Source: the human T2T-CHM13v2.0 reference genome, Homo sapiens
DNA length: 64,000 nt
Strand: one strand, 5' to 3'
NCBI RefSeq assembly: GCF_009914755.1
Contig: NC_060938.1
The position numbers and the translations under genes are program-made. The stretch's first letter is position 1. Each line of letters opens with the position of its first letter. Shown one piece after another: positions 61,218 through 64,000 of this stretch. A model generated the notes under the pieces. The model saw only the letters and a list, made by a program, of their open reading frames with translations. It searched no databases and was not told the origin of the DNA.

Positions 61218-63782
61218 TTAAGCTCAGAGTTAAAACCCCCGTGAAGCTTTCTCTAGCAGATTCTAGTGGATTCTGTGGCTAGTGGATGTCTGGGGTCAGG
61301 GAAGGGGCCACCACACAGAGGCAGGGACTGTGCCACCGCACAGCAGGCAGAACATTCCAGAACCGACAGGCCCATTTGAGGGCAATGGCAGGGCTGGGCT
61401 GAAGCACAATCAGGGCGGGGAACAGCCAGCCAACGCCCACAGCCCGTGGGCAGGGAGCCCCTGGCAGAGCTGCCAGCTGGACTTTTTAGATGCTTCCAGA
61501 AGGCTGGGGTGGGCCAGGCCTGGTTTCCAAGTCCAGGAAGCAGCTTAAAAGCAAAGGGAAACAAAAAAAGGCTGGTCGTGGAATCTCACAAAGCTCAGGA
61601 CCTGCCTGCCTGAGTTGGGGCAGTGGCGACATGGAACTCGGCAGGGATGAGGCCCTCGTGTGGGTCGCGACGGGCCAGTCCTTGCTGCAGAATGGCGTCT
61701 GAAGGGCCCCTGATGTGCGCCACAACCGGGACCTCTGTCCTCCTACAGTGAGGGTACACGTGGCTGTGGGCCCCATAGGACTCCTTCCAGAAGCATCTGC
61801 AGAGTCCCAGGACCACCAGACTCTGTTTTGCCAACTAAGCACAGTGGGCACTTGGCACCTGATGTGGACTGTCTCCGAGCCCCCTGTGGAGGGGCTGCAG
61901 GCTTCCTGTGCTGCCTGTGTGGGTCCCGCAGGCTGGAGGGAGGCCCCTGCCTTTGCAGATTGCAGGGTGGCAGGGACACGCTGAGGGTGGCGGGGACATG
62001 GTGAGGGTGGCGGCTGTGATGGCACCGCATCAGAGCAGCTCCTCCACACCAGCGTCTTCTGGGGCTCAGAGAAGGGGTTGGACTTCCCAGAGAAGGGGTG
62101 CAGGGCAGGGAAGAGTCCCCATGCCTATGAGGGAGAGGATCAGGGTGGGGTGATGGAGGATCCGTGGCTGGGCCCCCAGACCACAGGGAGGCTGTGCAGC
62201 CATGTCAGAGGCGCTGGGGGATTGGGCGGCCGCGCGGTCCCCACCCCAGCTCAGACCCAGGGGCCTGTGTTCCAGAAGGTGCTCGGCCCCGGTGACCCCA
62301 CAGGCCTTGCCTGCCTCCTTGTGGAATCAGCCCCAGCAGTGTTCGCCGGCCCAGGGTTGGGCTGGAACGGTGCCATGCGTGTGGGAGCAGCTTTCCCACG
62401 GAGGGGCCGAGCCCTGTCAGCTGCTTGTCGGTGCCAGCACAGCCCGTCTGTCCTTGGTGGAGCTCTGAGGCGGCTCTCGCGTTAGATAAGACGTCTGAGC
62501 TCTTGTGTGGCTTGGTAATGCTGTGGCCACCTCCAGTCTGCCTCCTTTTCGAGACTTCAGGCCCTCAGTTTATGCTCGCCAGGTAATTCCTGGTCTCGTT
62601 TGGGGGCCCCCTCCTTCCCCCAGAAGGGAAAAGGGGGCTCTTCGTGGAGCGAAGGTCTTCTCTTACATCTCTTTTGAGGATTATTGTGCTTAGAACATGG
62701 ATGATTCTTGGTCAATATTCAGCCGAGCCCTTAATCATCAGAAGCCAAAAGACCCTCCATCTCTCCCAAGAGGACCCCTTTGACTCCCACCGTTCCGTCG
62801 CTGGTTCATTGAACCCACACCTGTTTCTGGTTCACCACCCGCCACCGAGGTCTCTGACAGCGAGGACCAAAGCGGGGTGTGCTTGTCACACCTTGTTTCA
62901 TCCTTACCAAGGACCCCAGAGCACGAGGGTCTTGTTCTCATGAAGCTGAGGGAGGCGAGGCGTCCTGGGTCCCGCAGCCCCCAATGCGCTGCTGAAGGGC
63001 CTGCTGGGGAGCGGGTGGGCAGCACCGAGGGCCAGCTTTGAAAAAGGCTGTACCGGCTTACCAAATCCGGGGACCATTTTCGTGGCAAAAGTGTCCCTCA
63101 CTCTGTTAAAAGAATGCATGGTGACACAGATTTCCTTCAGAGCCAGGTCTGAATGTCTTCCCCTTGGACTGAAGTCCCTGCTGTTAGAGCGGGGGAGCCG
63201 GCGGCGATGGCGGCGTCCTCGTGCTGCGCTCGTGCCGGCGTCAGGGTCCCCCTGCCATCTGGAGTGAGCAGGAGGCGGCCAGGCCAGGCCTTCCCAGCTG
63301 AGGTTTGGGAGTTCCGTGCCTTTGGTGCTGAGGGTGAGCGTGTTCACGGTGACTTCGTCCCTTGGTCATGAGGAGGTTCGAGCTAGGAACCCCCTGCAAG
63401 TGGTCAACGCATCCGGCTTGCTGTTCTAAGTGGAGGCGGCAGGCACAGCTGGGACCCACGCCCCTCAGAAGCAGGCTCTGTGGTGGTCGGAGCAGGCACC
63501 TCACCAGGCCACGCTCCATTTGGGGCTGCTGAGAAGCTGGCTGTGGCCAGTCCTGAGGTCTCTGCAGCCCTCGGGAGCTTGGAGGCCCGGCTGGTTTTTC
63601 TAAGGAGTTGGCCGGGTGGCCATGGCTGCCCACAGTGGGGTGTGACCTTGGGCTTGTGGCCTCCTCAGTGAGGGCCTCCTGGCAGGGGCTGAGAGCCCAG
63701 CGTCAGTGGGGGGCTTCAGCATAGACCACCACATGTGTGTCTCTGGGTGCTTGGTAAATGCACCCTGTGCTTCGGTGACAAG

Positions 63783-63838
63783 TTTTTTTGTCTAGTCAAG
63801 TGAAGCAGTGGAAATGCAGGGAGCATCTTAAATCTGTT
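63783..63838 (-). pseudogene. 5'-truncated Y3 RNA retrocopy fragment
   Basis: ctagtcaagtgaagcagtgg (63792-63811) is the reverse complement of the remembered hY3 3' end; T run adjacent; aaatctgt at the expected distance. Confidence 0.6.
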
Positions 63839-64000
63839 TTATTTCTAACTGATTTCAATTCCACCTTTACCCTTAGGCCGACCAAGCATCTGAGGTGCCG
63901 GGACAGTACCACCTTGCCATGGGGCTTCAGGCCTGCTGTGACCCCTTGGGGAAAGTGAGCCCCATGGCCACCTGCCCAGTTCCCAGGTCTTGTGCTGTCA

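Overview
Human (or very close primate) genomic DNA, recognisable from the encoded proteins as the KLC1-XRCC3-ZFYVE21 locus (14q32.33 from memory). The + strand carries the KLC1 (kinesin light chain 1) linker/TPR exons (189-17615) and a dispersed set of alternative C-terminal exons reaching about 39600. The - strand carries the whole XRCC3 gene (7 coding exons, 1041 nt, 346 aa, here with Met at codon 241). The XRCC3 3' end interleaves with the KLC1 3' end, and XRCC3 shares a CpG-island bidirectional promoter with ZFYVE21 (exon 1 only in the window). Introns are dense with Alus and carry old L1, MIR, L2, DNA-transposon and LTR remnants. I found no prokaryotic-type system; nearly all ORF-track entries are Alu-derived or GC-rich artefacts. 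The most interesting details are: a GC donor on a KLC1 TPR exon, a dual-frame KLC1 exon inside an XRCC3 intron, a MIR-derived KLC1 tail exon, an LTR-derived XRCC3 5'UTR exon whose uATG sits at c.-316, a 5'-inverted Alu, and a mirror-symmetric CCAAT array. Exon boundaries were derived by hand from splice signals and frame continuity. Repeat family names come from remembered consensus sequences and their edges are approximate.
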